NCBI GenBank assembly: GCA_963661195.1
Contig: CAVLBD010000007.1
Location: 2,963 to 66,962, forward strand
Direction of reading: 5' to 3'
DNA length: 64,000 nt
Source of the DNA: a bacterium
GTDB lineage: Bacteria; Bacteroidota; Bacteroidia; Bacteroidales; Bacteroidaceae
Positions 1 through 8,669 of the stretch are shown here, one piece after another. The position numbers were made by a program, and so were the translations under genes. Below the pieces are notes generated by a model. The model saw only the letters and a program-made list of their open reading frames with translations, was not told the DNA's origin and searched no databases. The number at the start of each line of letters is the position of its first letter. The first letter of the stretch is position 1.

Positions 1-2
1 GT

Positions 3-239
3 GGCGGAAATACTGGTATACTTGGCTTAAACCTTGATGCTTGTGTGAAAGACTGCAAGGCAGCAATGGTGCGCGACAGATTTAACTTTACCAACGTGTG
101 CGATGGAGAGCTATTCAACAGCAAGCTTCTTGCCACGTTGGGCTTTCATGCTGTGCCAGAGAACTTTATCGTTAGTGCAGACGGGAGAATTCTTGCTAAG
201 AACGTGACCATTGATGAACTCGAAAAATATATGAAGTAA
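3..239 (+). CDS. TlpA/AhpC-TSA-like thiol-disulfide oxidoreductase, C-terminal fragment (5' end lies outside the window)
   Basis: Frame 3 is open from base 3 (GGNTGILGLNLDACVKD...), so the listed 45..239 ORF is only the tail of a longer CDS. The tail ...AVPENFIVSADGRILAKNVTIDELEKY resembles the conserved C-terminal strand/helix of periplasmic TlpA-type thioredoxins. Confidence 0.6.
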   Translation, partial: GGNTGILGLNLDACVKDCKAAMVRDRFNFTNVCDGELFNSKLLATLGFHAVPENFIVSADGRILAKNVTIDELEKYMK

Positions 240-255
240 GAGAAAGGCAGAGGGT

Positions 256-1803
256 ATGATAGTCAAGACATATAGTGCAGCGGTAAACGGACTCGAGGTG
301 ACAACCGTAACTATTGAGATCTGTATGTCGCGAGGTGTTATGTTCCATCTATCCGGTCTTGGCGATACAGCAGTAAAGGAAAGTCACGATAGAATTGTCG
401 CCGCACTTCAGAACAATGGTTATAAATTCCCTGTTGCCGATATTACTGTTAATATGGCTCCGGCTAACTTGCGTAAAGAAGGCAGTGGCTACGACCTTCC
501 CCTTGCCATAGGCATACTTGCAGCAATGGGAAAGGTTAACTCCGATGTTCTTGACAAATACATGCTTGTTGGCGAGCTCGGGCTTGATGGGCATCTGCAG
601 CCAGTGTGCGGAGCTTTGCCTATTTCAATAAGGGCACGGAAAGAGAAATTCAAGGGTCTCATCGTTCCCAAACAAAACATCAGGGAAGCTGCAGTGGTGA
701 ACAACCTTGATGTGTATGGTATGGAGAACCTTTATGATGTAGTGTCATTTTTGAATGGTTCAACAGAATATGAGCCTACACGTATTGACACGCGCAAGGA
801 ATTTTATGAGCATCAGGAAATGTTTGAGCTTGATTTCTCTGATGTACGTGGGCAAGAAAATGTTAAAAGGGCAATGGAAGTGGCTGCGGCAGGAGGCCAC
901 AACCTTATAATGATAGGTCCGCCAGGTAGCGGAAAATCAATGATGGCCAAGCGTTTGCCGACAATCCTTCCGCCATTGTCTTTGTCAGAAAGTTTGGAAA
1001 CGACACAAATACATTCCGTTGCGGGAAAACTAGGAAAAGATATGTCGCTTATATCTCAACGTCCATATCGTTCACCCCATCATACTATTTCACAGGTAGC
1101 TCTTGTTGGAGGCGGTCTGAATCCGCAACCTGGTGAAATATCACTTGCTCACAATGGAGTACTCTTTGCCGATGAACTTCCTGAGTTCAACAAGTCAACA
1201 CTTGAAGTGTTGCGTCAACCTATAGAAGACCGTAAAATTACCATATCACGGGCAAAGTATACCGTAGAATATCCTTGCTCTTTTATGTTTGTGGCAAGTA
1301 TGAATCCTTGTCCGTGTGGTTATTTTAATGACCCAACACACCATTGTGTTTGCACTCCTGGCCAAATACAACGTTATATAAACAAGATTAGCGGCCCTCT
1401 TCTTGACAGAATAGACTTACAGTGCGAGATAACGCCAGTGCCATTTAAAGACATCTCCAAGGCGCAGCCAGGTGAGCCGAGCGCAGCTATACGGGAGCGT
1501 GTTGTCAAAGCCAGAAATATACAGACGGAAAGATACAAAGACTATAAAGGAATCCATTGTAATGCTCAGATGACAGAGCGCATGATACATGAATTTGCTG
1601 AACCTGATGATTCGGGAATGGAAATGCTTCGCCTGGCGATGGAGCGTCTTTCGCTTTCTGCCCGCGCTTATAGCCGCATTCTTAAAGTTGCTCGCACTAT
1701 AGCCGACTTGGATGGATGTGAGCGTGTGGAAAGGCAACATCTAGCAGAAGCCATAGGGTATAGGACGCTCGACCGCAGCGACTGGGCAGAGAGGACAATG
1801 TGA
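256..1803 (+). CDS. YifB/ComM-family Mg-chelatase-like AAA+ ATPase
   Basis: The 515-aa ORF has an N-terminal Lon-protease-like domain (EGSGYDLPLAIGILAA), Walker A GPPGSGKSM, Walker B VLFADELPEF and a Cys cluster (NPCPCGY...HHCVC), all typical of YifB/ComM. Confidence 0.9.
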   Translation: MIVKTYSAAVNGLEVTTVTIEICMSRGVMFHLSGLGDTAVKESHDRIVAALQNNGYKFPVADITVNMAPANLRKEGSGYDLPLAIGILAAMGKVNSDVLDKYMLVGELGLDGHLQPVCGALPISIRARKEKFKGLIVPKQNIREAAVVNNLDVYGMENLYDVVSFLNGSTEYEPTRIDTRKEFYEHQEMFELDFSDVRGQENVKRAMEVAAAGGHNLIMIGPPGSGKSMMAKRLPTILPPLSLSESLETTQIHSVAGKLGKDMSLISQRPYRSPHHTISQVALVGGGLNPQPGEISLAHNGVLFADELPEFNKSTLEVLRQPIEDRKITISRAKYTVEYPCSFMFVASMNPCPCGYFNDPTHHCVCTPGQIQRYINKISGPLLDRIDLQCEITPVPFKDISKAQPGEPSAAIRERVVKARNIQTERYKDYKGIHCNAQMTERMIHEFAEPDDSGMEMLRLAMERLSLSARAYSRILKVARTIADLDGCERVERQHLAEAIGYRTLDRSDWAERTM

Positions 1804-1934
1804 GTTTTTCATGGGGAAAGCCGGGCAGTAGACCGTTTGAAGGGTTCGTAGTACATGCTGAAAGGCATCATCTTTCCGAATTCACAGGATACACAATTTA
1901 GCAGGTTATTTTTTTTATAATGAGTTATTAAGAA

Positions 1935-2303
1935 ATGACAGGGATATACACTATTTTATTACTCGTATTGAGCAACATCTTCATGACATTGGCATGGTAT
2001 GGCCACTTGAAGCTACAGCAGACGGGGACAAGCAGCAACTGGCCTCTTTTTGGTGTAATAGCCTTCTCTTGGGCTATCGCCTTTCTGGAGTATTGTTGTC
2101 AGGTGCCGGCAAACAGAATAGGCTTTACAGGCAATGGCGGACCATTCTCGCTTGTGCAATTAAAAGTCATACAGGAATGTCTCAGTCTAATAGTGTTTAC
2201 GGTCGTAGTAAACCTAATGTTCGGTAACCAGGGCCTTCATTGGAATCATTATCTTGCTTTCTTCCTTTTGGTGGGAGCGGTATTCCTTGTTTTTCTGAAA
2301 TGA
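1935..2303 (+). CDS. Small DMT-superfamily membrane protein (DUF486-like)
   Basis: The 122-aa ORF has four hydrophobic helices. The N-terminus ...SNIFMTLAWYGHLK and the segment ...NRIG...FSLVQLKVIQE match the conserved DUF486/DMT small-transporter pattern as I remember it. Confidence 0.65.
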   Translation: MTGIYTILLLVLSNIFMTLAWYGHLKLQQTGTSSNWPLFGVIAFSWAIAFLEYCCQVPANRIGFTGNGGPFSLVQLKVIQECLSLIVFTVVVNLMFGNQGLHWNHYLAFFLLVGAVFLVFLK

Positions 2304-2332
2304 TATTATAACACGAAAAGACAAGTATAACG

Positions 2333-3067
2333 ATGCCAATACCTACAGAAGAATCAAAACTTGAGGCGCGTCTTATGCGACGTTACCGTAAGGCTGTGAA
2401 GGAATTCCATTTGATAGAGGAAGGTGACAACATTCTTATTGCCCTTTCCGGAGGAAAAGATTCATTATTCCTCGTGGAGTTGCTTGGTAGGCAACAGAGG
2501 ATAAGCACGCCACATATTACGGTGCATGCCATTCATGTGCGCATGGACAATATAAAATACGAGAGCGACACAGCATATCTTGAGGCGTTTGCCGCAAGCC
2601 ACGGTGTTAAGTTGCATGTTCTAACGACTGGATTCGATATGTCAACAGACACTCGCAAGTCGCCATGCTTTCTCTGTTCATGGAATCGCCGTAAGCAGAT
2701 TTTCCTTAAGGCGCAGGAATTGGGATGCAACAAGATCGCTCTTGGACATCATCAAGACGATATTATACATACAGCACTTATGAACCAGATTTTTCAGGGA
2801 CACTTTTCCACTATGCCAGCAAGGTTGAAGATGAAGAAAATGCCGATTACTATCATACGCCCGTTATGTATGGAGGAGGAGTCTGACATTAAGCGCTACG
2901 CTGCTTTAAAAGGTTATGAGAAGCAGAAGAAACTTTGTCCTTACGAAACAGACTCTCACCGTTCGTCAGTGGCTAGTTTGTTCAGCGAGATTGAGCGGAT
3001 GGCTCCAGAGGCGCGCTATTCGATGTGGAACGCACTTTGTGCAGAAGGAAAACTTGTAGAGGAATAA
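2333..3067 (+). CDS. ttcA: PP-loop ATPase, TtcA-like tRNA 2-thiocytidine synthetase family
   Basis: Carries the PP-loop SGGKDS, Cys motifs CFLCSWNRR and KLCPY, and GHHQDD. The 244-aa size is typical of TtcA-like enzymes. Confidence 0.7.
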   Translation: MPIPTEESKLEARLMRRYRKAVKEFHLIEEGDNILIALSGGKDSLFLVELLGRQQRISTPHITVHAIHVRMDNIKYESDTAYLEAFAASHGVKLHVLTTGFDMSTDTRKSPCFLCSWNRRKQIFLKAQELGCNKIALGHHQDDIIHTALMNQIFQGHFSTMPARLKMKKMPITIIRPLCMEEESDIKRYAALKGYEKQKKLCPYETDSHRSSVASLFSEIERMAPEARYSMWNALCAEGKLVEE

Positions 3068-3085
3068 AAAAATAATGTTGGCAAG

Positions 3086-4183
3086 ATGTCGATATACTTG
3101 AATACAGACAAGCGAAAAACGCTTTCATTTATTGTGGCAACAGCTTTCCTTGCAACTGCTGTTTGTGGCTGTACGGGAAATAATGTAAGCAGCAGAGGAA
3201 TGATGGCATTTGGCGCTAAAGATACAGCGACTGCAGAGTTTACCAATGAAACTGTTTTGGCAATGACTCCAGTCAAAGACCAAGGCGCAAGTAGTCTTTG
3301 CTGGGCATACGCTATGCTGGCGACAATTGAAACGGAACATATTATGCGCGGTGACTCCGTAAACCTCTCTCCGGCTTATGTGGCACGTATGTTTATGAAA
3401 GAACAGGTTGCCAAATGCTATATGTCTCGCGGTGCAAGACGTATAACCACCCGTGGAGTGATGCCCCAACTCATAAGGATTATACAGACTTATGGCCTTA
3501 TGCCATACGACTCCTATCACACCAATGCAAACATAAACGTGGCAGCCCATAAAGTTCAAGCGGCAATATGGGCTTTGGCAGCTCATGGAAGAGGACTTTC
3601 TGCGGCAAGAAATGAAGCAGATAAGGTTCTTGATGGAGCGATAAACCCGTTGCCTGCGCATGTTTATATGTTCAGCATGGAATATACTCCACTGGAGTTT
3701 GCCCATAGTGTGTGTATGCCTGATGAATATGTGGCTTTTACTAGTTTGCAGAACGAGCTATACGACAGGCAAGTTGTCTTCCCCTCCAACGATAATTTCA
3801 GCAACGAGCGTTTTCTTAATGTCCCTTTGAATAAGATGATGCAGATAATGGAAAAATCACTTCGCTCCGGGCATCCTGTGTGTTGGGAAGGTGATACAAG
3901 CGAAAAGGGCTTTTCATTTGAGAAGGGGGTTGCCGATGTATCCGAGCGTTGCTATATGGCTACACAGCAACAGCGACAGCGTGAAATAGACAATTTCCGC
4001 ACTACCGATGACCACTGTATGGCTATCATAGGCATAGCCCACGACAAGGCTGGCCGCAAGTTCTTCGTTTGTAAAAATTCCTGGGGTACAGATAATCCGT
4101 TTGGCGGTCTCGTTTATATGTCATTTGATTATGCACGTCTTAAGACTCTCGCCATTATGGTAAACGCCATGGCTCTTGTCTAA
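3086..4183 (+). CDS. C1-family (papain/aminopeptidase C-like) cysteine peptidase, probable lipoprotein
   Basis: Signal/lipobox ...ATAVCGC. Active-site Cys context DQGASSLCWAYA and His context DDHCMAIIG, followed by KNSWG, are C1 hallmarks. Confidence 0.8.
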   Translation: MSIYLNTDKRKTLSFIVATAFLATAVCGCTGNNVSSRGMMAFGAKDTATAEFTNETVLAMTPVKDQGASSLCWAYAMLATIETEHIMRGDSVNLSPAYVARMFMKEQVAKCYMSRGARRITTRGVMPQLIRIIQTYGLMPYDSYHTNANINVAAHKVQAAIWALAAHGRGLSAARNEADKVLDGAINPLPAHVYMFSMEYTPLEFAHSVCMPDEYVAFTSLQNELYDRQVVFPSNDNFSNERFLNVPLNKMMQIMEKSLRSGHPVCWEGDTSEKGFSFEKGVADVSERCYMATQQQRQREIDNFRTTDDHCMAIIGIAHDKAGRKFFVCKNSWGTDNPFGGLVYMSFDYARLKTLAIMVNAMALV

Positions 4184-4184
4184 T

Positions 4185-4229
4185 AAAAAATCCTCGGTTT
4201 GCGAAATTGGCAAGCCGAGGATTTTTTTT
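4185..4229. terminator. Bidirectional rho-independent terminator between convergent peptidase genes
   Basis: Perfect stem AAAAAATCCTCGG (4185-4197) / CCGAGGATTTTTT (4215-4227), flanked by an A-run and a T-run. Confidence 0.85.
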
Positions 4230-4243
4230 GTATAATGCGTAGA

Positions 4244-7093
4244 TTACTCTTGTGGAAGCATAACTACGTTAACGCAGTTCTTTCCGATTATATTGTCTTT
4301 TACGAACTTGGCAACCGTTTCCGGTGTTATAGCGTTGACAAGTGACTTGTAATCAGTATCGGTGTCAATGCCGTATTCATCGTAAACGTCTATAGCGTTA
4401 AGCCAGTAGGAGTTGGTCTTCTGTTGGTCTTCATACTGTTTCAGCATCAAATCCTTTGTCTTCTTCAGCATGTCGGCATCAACATTAGTTCCAAGTTTTT
4501 GAAGCTCATCGCGCATGATTCTCAAGGCAACGTCTTTCTTTTCAGGCTTTACAGGGCAAAATCCCATTATCTGAGCAAAAGGAGTATCTCCACCGATACG
4601 TACGTTTCCTCCGGCAGAAACAGTGTATGCAGCGCTCTCTTCCTCGCGGATAGTCTTCAGATAGACCATTTCAAGAACCTGTCCTGCAGCATCAGCCTTC
4701 ACCATGTTGTCAAGTGAATATGGGGTATTGGTGTTATACCAAATTGTCACGATGTATGCTTTAGGCGTTTCCATCTTGCGTTTGAACGTATTGTCAACGT
4801 TGCCTTGTGCATAGGTGGAAATTTTCTTCCAGTCCTCGTGTACGTATTTCTTTCCTTTTTTGATAGATGGCAGCGAAGCTATATACTGTTCAATGTATTT
4901 GCGTACAAGAGCCTCGTTGAAGTTACCTACAATGGTGAAGGTAAAGTCAGCAGCGTTTGCTGTGCGCTCTTTTGCAATCTGCAGGATACGGTCGTAACTA
5001 ACCTTGTCTATGTCTTCTGCAGAGAGCGAAATTTCGCGTGGGTTGTGTGCCTTGAGAGTGTATGAAATAGAGTCGCTGAGAGCAGCTTCGGGCGAAAGAT
5101 CCTTGTTCTTCAGAGCTTCACGGTATTGGTTGAGTAGCGTGTTTACTGCCTGCTCGTCTTTCTTTATTGCCGTGAAATAGAGATAGTTCATTTGGAACAT
5201 TGTCTCAAGGTCTTTTGGAGTACAGTTTCCTGTAAGGTATTCGTGGAACTCGCCGAGTTTTAGGTCAACATTGGCATTCTTTCCCGCAAGCTGCTTCATG
5301 AGCTCTGTTGTTGAGAAATTGCCTAGACCGCTTGAGCCGATGACATCGTTGAACATTTCCAGGTTAACTCTTTCCTTTGCGTCATAGAGTGACTTTCCAC
5401 CCTTGGAATTTGCGTTGAAGAGCACTTCGCCTTCCTTCAGGTTTGTCTTCTTAAGCAAGACGCGTGCACCGTTGCTAAGGGTGAGTTCCTTATATCCGAA
5501 CTTTGTGCTTTCTTTTTCTGAAACAATCTTTCCTGCCTTTGGAGCTTGTGCGATGAGTGGTTCCTGCTTTACGTTATCCACGTATGCCTCCACCTTTTCA
5601 GCACGTGCACTTTCGTATGCCTTCTTCAATCCTTCGGCTGTAGGATAGACTGCACCTTCTGTCTCTGTATTTGAGCTGAATATGACCACATTTGAGTCTG
5701 CCACGTTGATAATCTCGCCGAGGGCAGCGTTTATGAGGTCTACAGGTATCTGCGAAACCTGCTGCATGAGCTGGTATTTTTGCTCTATAGACATAAGTGG
5801 CTCTTTCTCAAGATAATTGCTTGCCATCTGGCGGCCAAAGCGGTCGTTGTCTATCTTGTCGCGGTTGGTATATTGCTTCTCAAGCGAACTTATGTAGTTG
5901 GCTTTTGCACGGTCATATTCCGTTGCTGTAAAGCCATGTTCTTGGGCGCGCAAAGCTTCGCGTGTGAGTGCAGCGAGAGTTGCTTCTGTTTTTCCTTCCT
6001 TTGGAGTTGCCGAGAAGGTGAAAGCGTCTTTTGTCTTGGCGAAGATGTAGTTTCCTGCCATGCAGTATGCCGATGCGAATGGACAGTCTGCCTTCTGCGC
6101 TGTTTCCTGAAGACGAGAGTTGAGCATCTGGCTAACCAAAGATGTTACGTATTGTTCCAACGCATAACCCAAAGTGTTCTTCTCTGATTCTGGCGTTGTG
6201 TCATATTTGAACATCAAGTCAATTGAGGCTGATTGACATTCTTTGTCTTTGTCAACCACGATGATTGGCTCCAGGTTTGTTGGAACAGGTTCGTCAACGA
6301 TAGGAGCAGCATTTGCTGGGTTCTTTATGCTTGAGAACATTTCCTTTATCTTTGCCTCGAAGCGGTCTACGTCAATGTCGCCGACAACGATAATGGCTTG
6401 GTTTGCGGGATGATACCACTTCTCGTAGTAGTCGCGCAGAGCCTTTGGCTTGAAATTGTCGATTACAGACATGAGACCGATGGGGTAGCGCTTTCCGTAT
6501 TTAGAACCAGGGTAAAGCGTTTCGAGGTTACGCTCAAACATTCGGCTATCTGCCGAAGTGCGAAGACGCCATTCCTCATGGATAACACCGCGCTCTTTGT
6601 CGATTTCCGAAGGCTCAAGTGTCAGGTCGTGACTCCAGTCCTTAAGTATTAGCAAGCAGGAGTCAAGGGCTGCAGTGCCACGTGTAGTGGGCACATTGTT
6701 GATATTGTATACTGTTTGGTCAATGCTTGTGTACGCGTTGAGGTCGCCCCCGAACTGCACACCCAGTGAACGGGTATACTCAATTACATTGTTGCCAGGG
6801 AAGTTCTTTGTTCCGTTGAAGCACATGTGCTCAAGGAAGTGTGCCAATCCTCGCTGGTTTTCCTCCTCTTGAAGAGAGCCCACGCGCTGGGCGATGTAGA
6901 AGTTCACGCGTTGCTCGGGGTAGCCGTTGTGACGCACATAATAAACAAGTCCGTTGTCGAGCTTTCCTGTTCTGACGGCAGGGTCTGTCGGCAGCGGCTG
7001 CGCCATGGGATTGAATTCCTCATCCTGGGCGTATGTGCCAAGCGAACAAGTCAATGCCACCACAGCAAACACAATAATTCTTTTAATCTGCAT
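4244..7093 (-). CDS. M16-family (pitrilysin/insulinase-like) zinc peptidase, secreted
   Basis: The 949-aa ORF has the inverted zinc motif HFLEHMCF (HxxEH) with downstream EEW. It shows a duplicated M16 active/inactive half architecture and a signal peptide ending ...GTYA|QDEE. Confidence 0.9.
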   Translation of the reverse strand: MQIKRIIVFAVVALTCSLGTYAQDEEFNPMAQPLPTDPAVRTGKLDNGLVYYVRHNGYPEQRVNFYIAQRVGSLQEEENQRGLAHFLEHMCFNGTKNFPGNNVIEYTRSLGVQFGGDLNAYTSIDQTVYNINNVPTTRGTAALDSCLLILKDWSHDLTLEPSEIDKERGVIHEEWRLRTSADSRMFERNLETLYPGSKYGKRYPIGLMSVIDNFKPKALRDYYEKWYHPANQAIIVVGDIDVDRFEAKIKEMFSSIKNPANAAPIVDEPVPTNLEPIIVVDKDKECQSASIDLMFKYDTTPESEKNTLGYALEQYVTSLVSQMLNSRLQETAQKADCPFASAYCMAGNYIFAKTKDAFTFSATPKEGKTEATLAALTREALRAQEHGFTATEYDRAKANYISSLEKQYTNRDKIDNDRFGRQMASNYLEKEPLMSIEQKYQLMQQVSQIPVDLINAALGEIINVADSNVVIFSSNTETEGAVYPTAEGLKKAYESARAEKVEAYVDNVKQEPLIAQAPKAGKIVSEKESTKFGYKELTLSNGARVLLKKTNLKEGEVLFNANSKGGKSLYDAKERVNLEMFNDVIGSSGLGNFSTTELMKQLAGKNANVDLKLGEFHEYLTGNCTPKDLETMFQMNYLYFTAIKKDEQAVNTLLNQYREALKNKDLSPEAALSDSISYTLKAHNPREISLSAEDIDKVSYDRILQIAKERTANAADFTFTIVGNFNEALVRKYIEQYIASLPSIKKGKKYVHEDWKKISTYAQGNVDNTFKRKMETPKAYIVTIWYNTNTPYSLDNMVKADAAGQVLEMVYLKTIREEESAAYTVSAGGNVRIGGDTPFAQIMGFCPVKPEKKDVALRIMRDELQKLGTNVDADMLKKTKDLMLKQYEDQQKTNSYWLNAIDVYDEYGIDTDTDYKSLVNAITPETVAKFVKDNIIGKNCVNVVMLPQE

Positions 7094-7145
7094 ATTGATG
7101 TGATTTTAAATGAAAATATTTTGCATGTATTGTTGAATTTTTCTA

Positions 7146-7153
7146 CAAAGTTA
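7146..7153 (-). promoter_or_regulatory. Bacteroidetes -7 box (TAacTTTG on the minus strand) upstream of the M16 peptidase gene
   Basis: Plus-strand CAAAGTTA is an exact TAnnTTTG on the minus strand, about 53 nt upstream of the ATG at 7093. About 20 correctly oriented exact matches fall in the roughly 8 kb of intergenic DNA in this window, which is more than chance would give. Confidence 0.45.
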
Positions 7154-7382
7154 TACCATTTGTTCTAACAATCCTATTTTATGTATAAGTTTTCTCTGCT
7201 TGAACATGTTGATTTAACGTTCTTTGCAATATAAATGCCATTTGTTAGTCTTGCCTTGTATACTTATGTTTGAGTGAAATTATCATGTAAGCTTGTGCTT
7301 TTACTTATGTAAATGTATAGGAGAATCTTTGACTTGGGGAAAATAAGCAAGGCAGAAAATACAGACTTACGGTATTTTTTGC

Positions 7383-7390
7383 TATATTTG
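7383..7390 (+). promoter_or_regulatory. -7 box TAtaTTTG upstream of the Rpn-family gene
   Basis: Exact TAnnTTTG 63 nt upstream of the ATG at 7453. It sits too close to the alternative start at 7405, which supports 7453 as the real start. Confidence 0.45.
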
Positions 7391-7452
7391 GCGGCAAACA
7401 TTCATTGCTTTGCCGCAAATGTTTTGGATTAAATGATAAAGGAGACATATCT

Positions 7453-8406
7453 ATGGTGCAGAATTACGACAAATATGTGAGATTTGACTGGGCTATGAAA
7501 CGTCTGCTCTGCAATAAAACAAACCATGTTGTTGTTGAAGGGCTTTTGTTTTCCCTTACGGGCAAGAAGATGTCTATTAAGACATTTTTGGAAAGTGAGG
7601 GCAATCAGGAAGACTTGCTTGACAAATACAACCGCGTTGACATGTTGGCGGAAGACGAGGACGGCGAACTTATAATTATTGAAATACAGAATAGCCATGA
7701 AATTACATACTTTCACCGCATGCTTTATGGCGTATCCAAAGCGATAACGGAGTATATTGATAAAGGCGACACATACGATAAAGTGCGTAAAGTATACTCA
7801 ATCAATATCGTATATTTTGAGTTAGGGCAAGGCAAAGACTATGTCTATCATGGGAAGACTGAGTTTAAGGGGCTACACAAGCCGCATGATCTGCTGAAGT
7901 TGTCAGCTCGGCAGAGCGAGAAGTTTTTGGGACTTAAGGGCATCGGAGTGCAGAACACGCAAGATGCCAGTGAATTGTTCCCCGAGTATTATATTCTTCG
8001 TGTCAATGACTTCGACAAGGTTGCTACGACTCCACTTGATGAATGGATTGAATTCTTGAAGACCGGTAAGATAAGCGAGACGACCAAGGCGGCAGGTCTC
8101 GCTGAGGCTCGTGAACAACTGCGCGTCGATTCTTTGCCGGATAAAGAGCGACGGGCTTACGATCGTTACATGGAATCCGTGCGACACATGCGTAGTCTCT
8201 TTGATACAAGCCGCGATGATGGTTTTAGTGAAGGTCGTGCGGAGGGTCGAGCAGAAGGTCGAATTGAAGGCCGAGCGGAAGGTATTGTCGAAGGCCGAGC
8301 GGAACGCTCTATGGAAATTGCACGGCAATTAAAAGCAATGAAAATGACTGACGAGCAAATTTCCGAGGCTACAGGATTATCTCTGTCTGACATTTCTAGT
8401 ATATAG
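7453..8406 (+). CDS. Rpn-family recombination-promoting nuclease / PD-(D/E)XK putative transposase
   Basis: N-terminus MVQNYDKYVRFDWAMKRLL. The nuclease core ...VDMLAEDEDGELIIIEIQNSHE (D...E-x-Q/K motif) and the C-terminal EGRAEGRAEG helical repeat tail are typical of the Rpn/transposase_31 family. I chose the start at the second Met because of the promoter position. Confidence 0.75.
   Translation: MVQNYDKYVRFDWAMKRLLCNKTNHVVVEGLLFSLTGKKMSIKTFLESEGNQEDLLDKYNRVDMLAEDEDGELIIIEIQNSHEITYFHRMLYGVSKAITEYIDKGDTYDKVRKVYSINIVYFELGQGKDYVYHGKTEFKGLHKPHDLLKLSARQSEKFLGLKGIGVQNTQDASELFPEYYILRVNDFDKVATTPLDEWIEFLKTGKISETTKAAGLAEAREQLRVDSLPDKERRAYDRYMESVRHMRSLFDTSRDDGFSEGRAEGRAEGRIEGRAEGIVEGRAERSMEIARQLKAMKMTDEQISEATGLSLSDISSI
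8230..8304 (+). repeat. In-frame 12-nt tandem repeat encoding (EGRA)n-like tail
   Basis: gaaggtcgtgcg/gagggtcgagca/gaaggtcgaatt/gaaggccgagcg/gaaggtattgtc/gaaggccgagcg/gaa encodes EGRAEGRAEGRIEGRAEGIVEGRAE. This is a coding repeat, not a CRISPR array. Confidence 0.9.
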
Positions 8407-8602
8407 TGTTTCTTTCTTCTGTCAGTCTATTCTGATTTTCGGCAATAACGTGCATTTGTGTTGTTTATGGTGGTGCGGCGATGAACAAATTAGGACGCAT
8501 GCAAATAAAACGTAGCCTGCGGCCTAAAAAAATAATAAGACGGAACATTCTTATAAACCTTGTGCTTTAGTCCTCATTGCTAAAGCTTTATAATCATAGA
8601 CA

Positions 8603-8640
8603 AAAAGAAGGCAACCCAATGTGGGCTGCCTTCTTTTGTT
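8603..8640. terminator. Bidirectional terminator (closes the Rpn gene and the minus-strand Omp28/T9SS module)
   Basis: Stem AAGAAGGCA (8605-8613) / TGCCTTCTT (8627-8635), with an A-run upstream and TTTTG downstream. Confidence 0.8.
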
Positions 8641-8669
8641 CCATTGTATGGTTTATATGAAGTATGCGC

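Noticed and set aside
7405-7452. N-terminal extensions offered by the ORF track (7405, 13938, 16205, 30813, 44610, 46026, 60346, 61915)
   Set aside because: In each case an internal ATG gives a canonical family N-terminus or a proper signal peptide. It also removes overlaps with neighbours and/or leaves room for a TAnnTTTG box. Several of the extended starts are GTG or TTG codons, and the extensions encode Cys/Phe-rich sequence.
8230-8304. Short tandem repeat that could be mistaken for a CRISPR-like or VNTR locus
   Set aside because: The 12-nt period is in frame within the Rpn-family CDS and encodes the family-typical EGRA helical tail. There are no spacers and no cas genes anywhere in the window.
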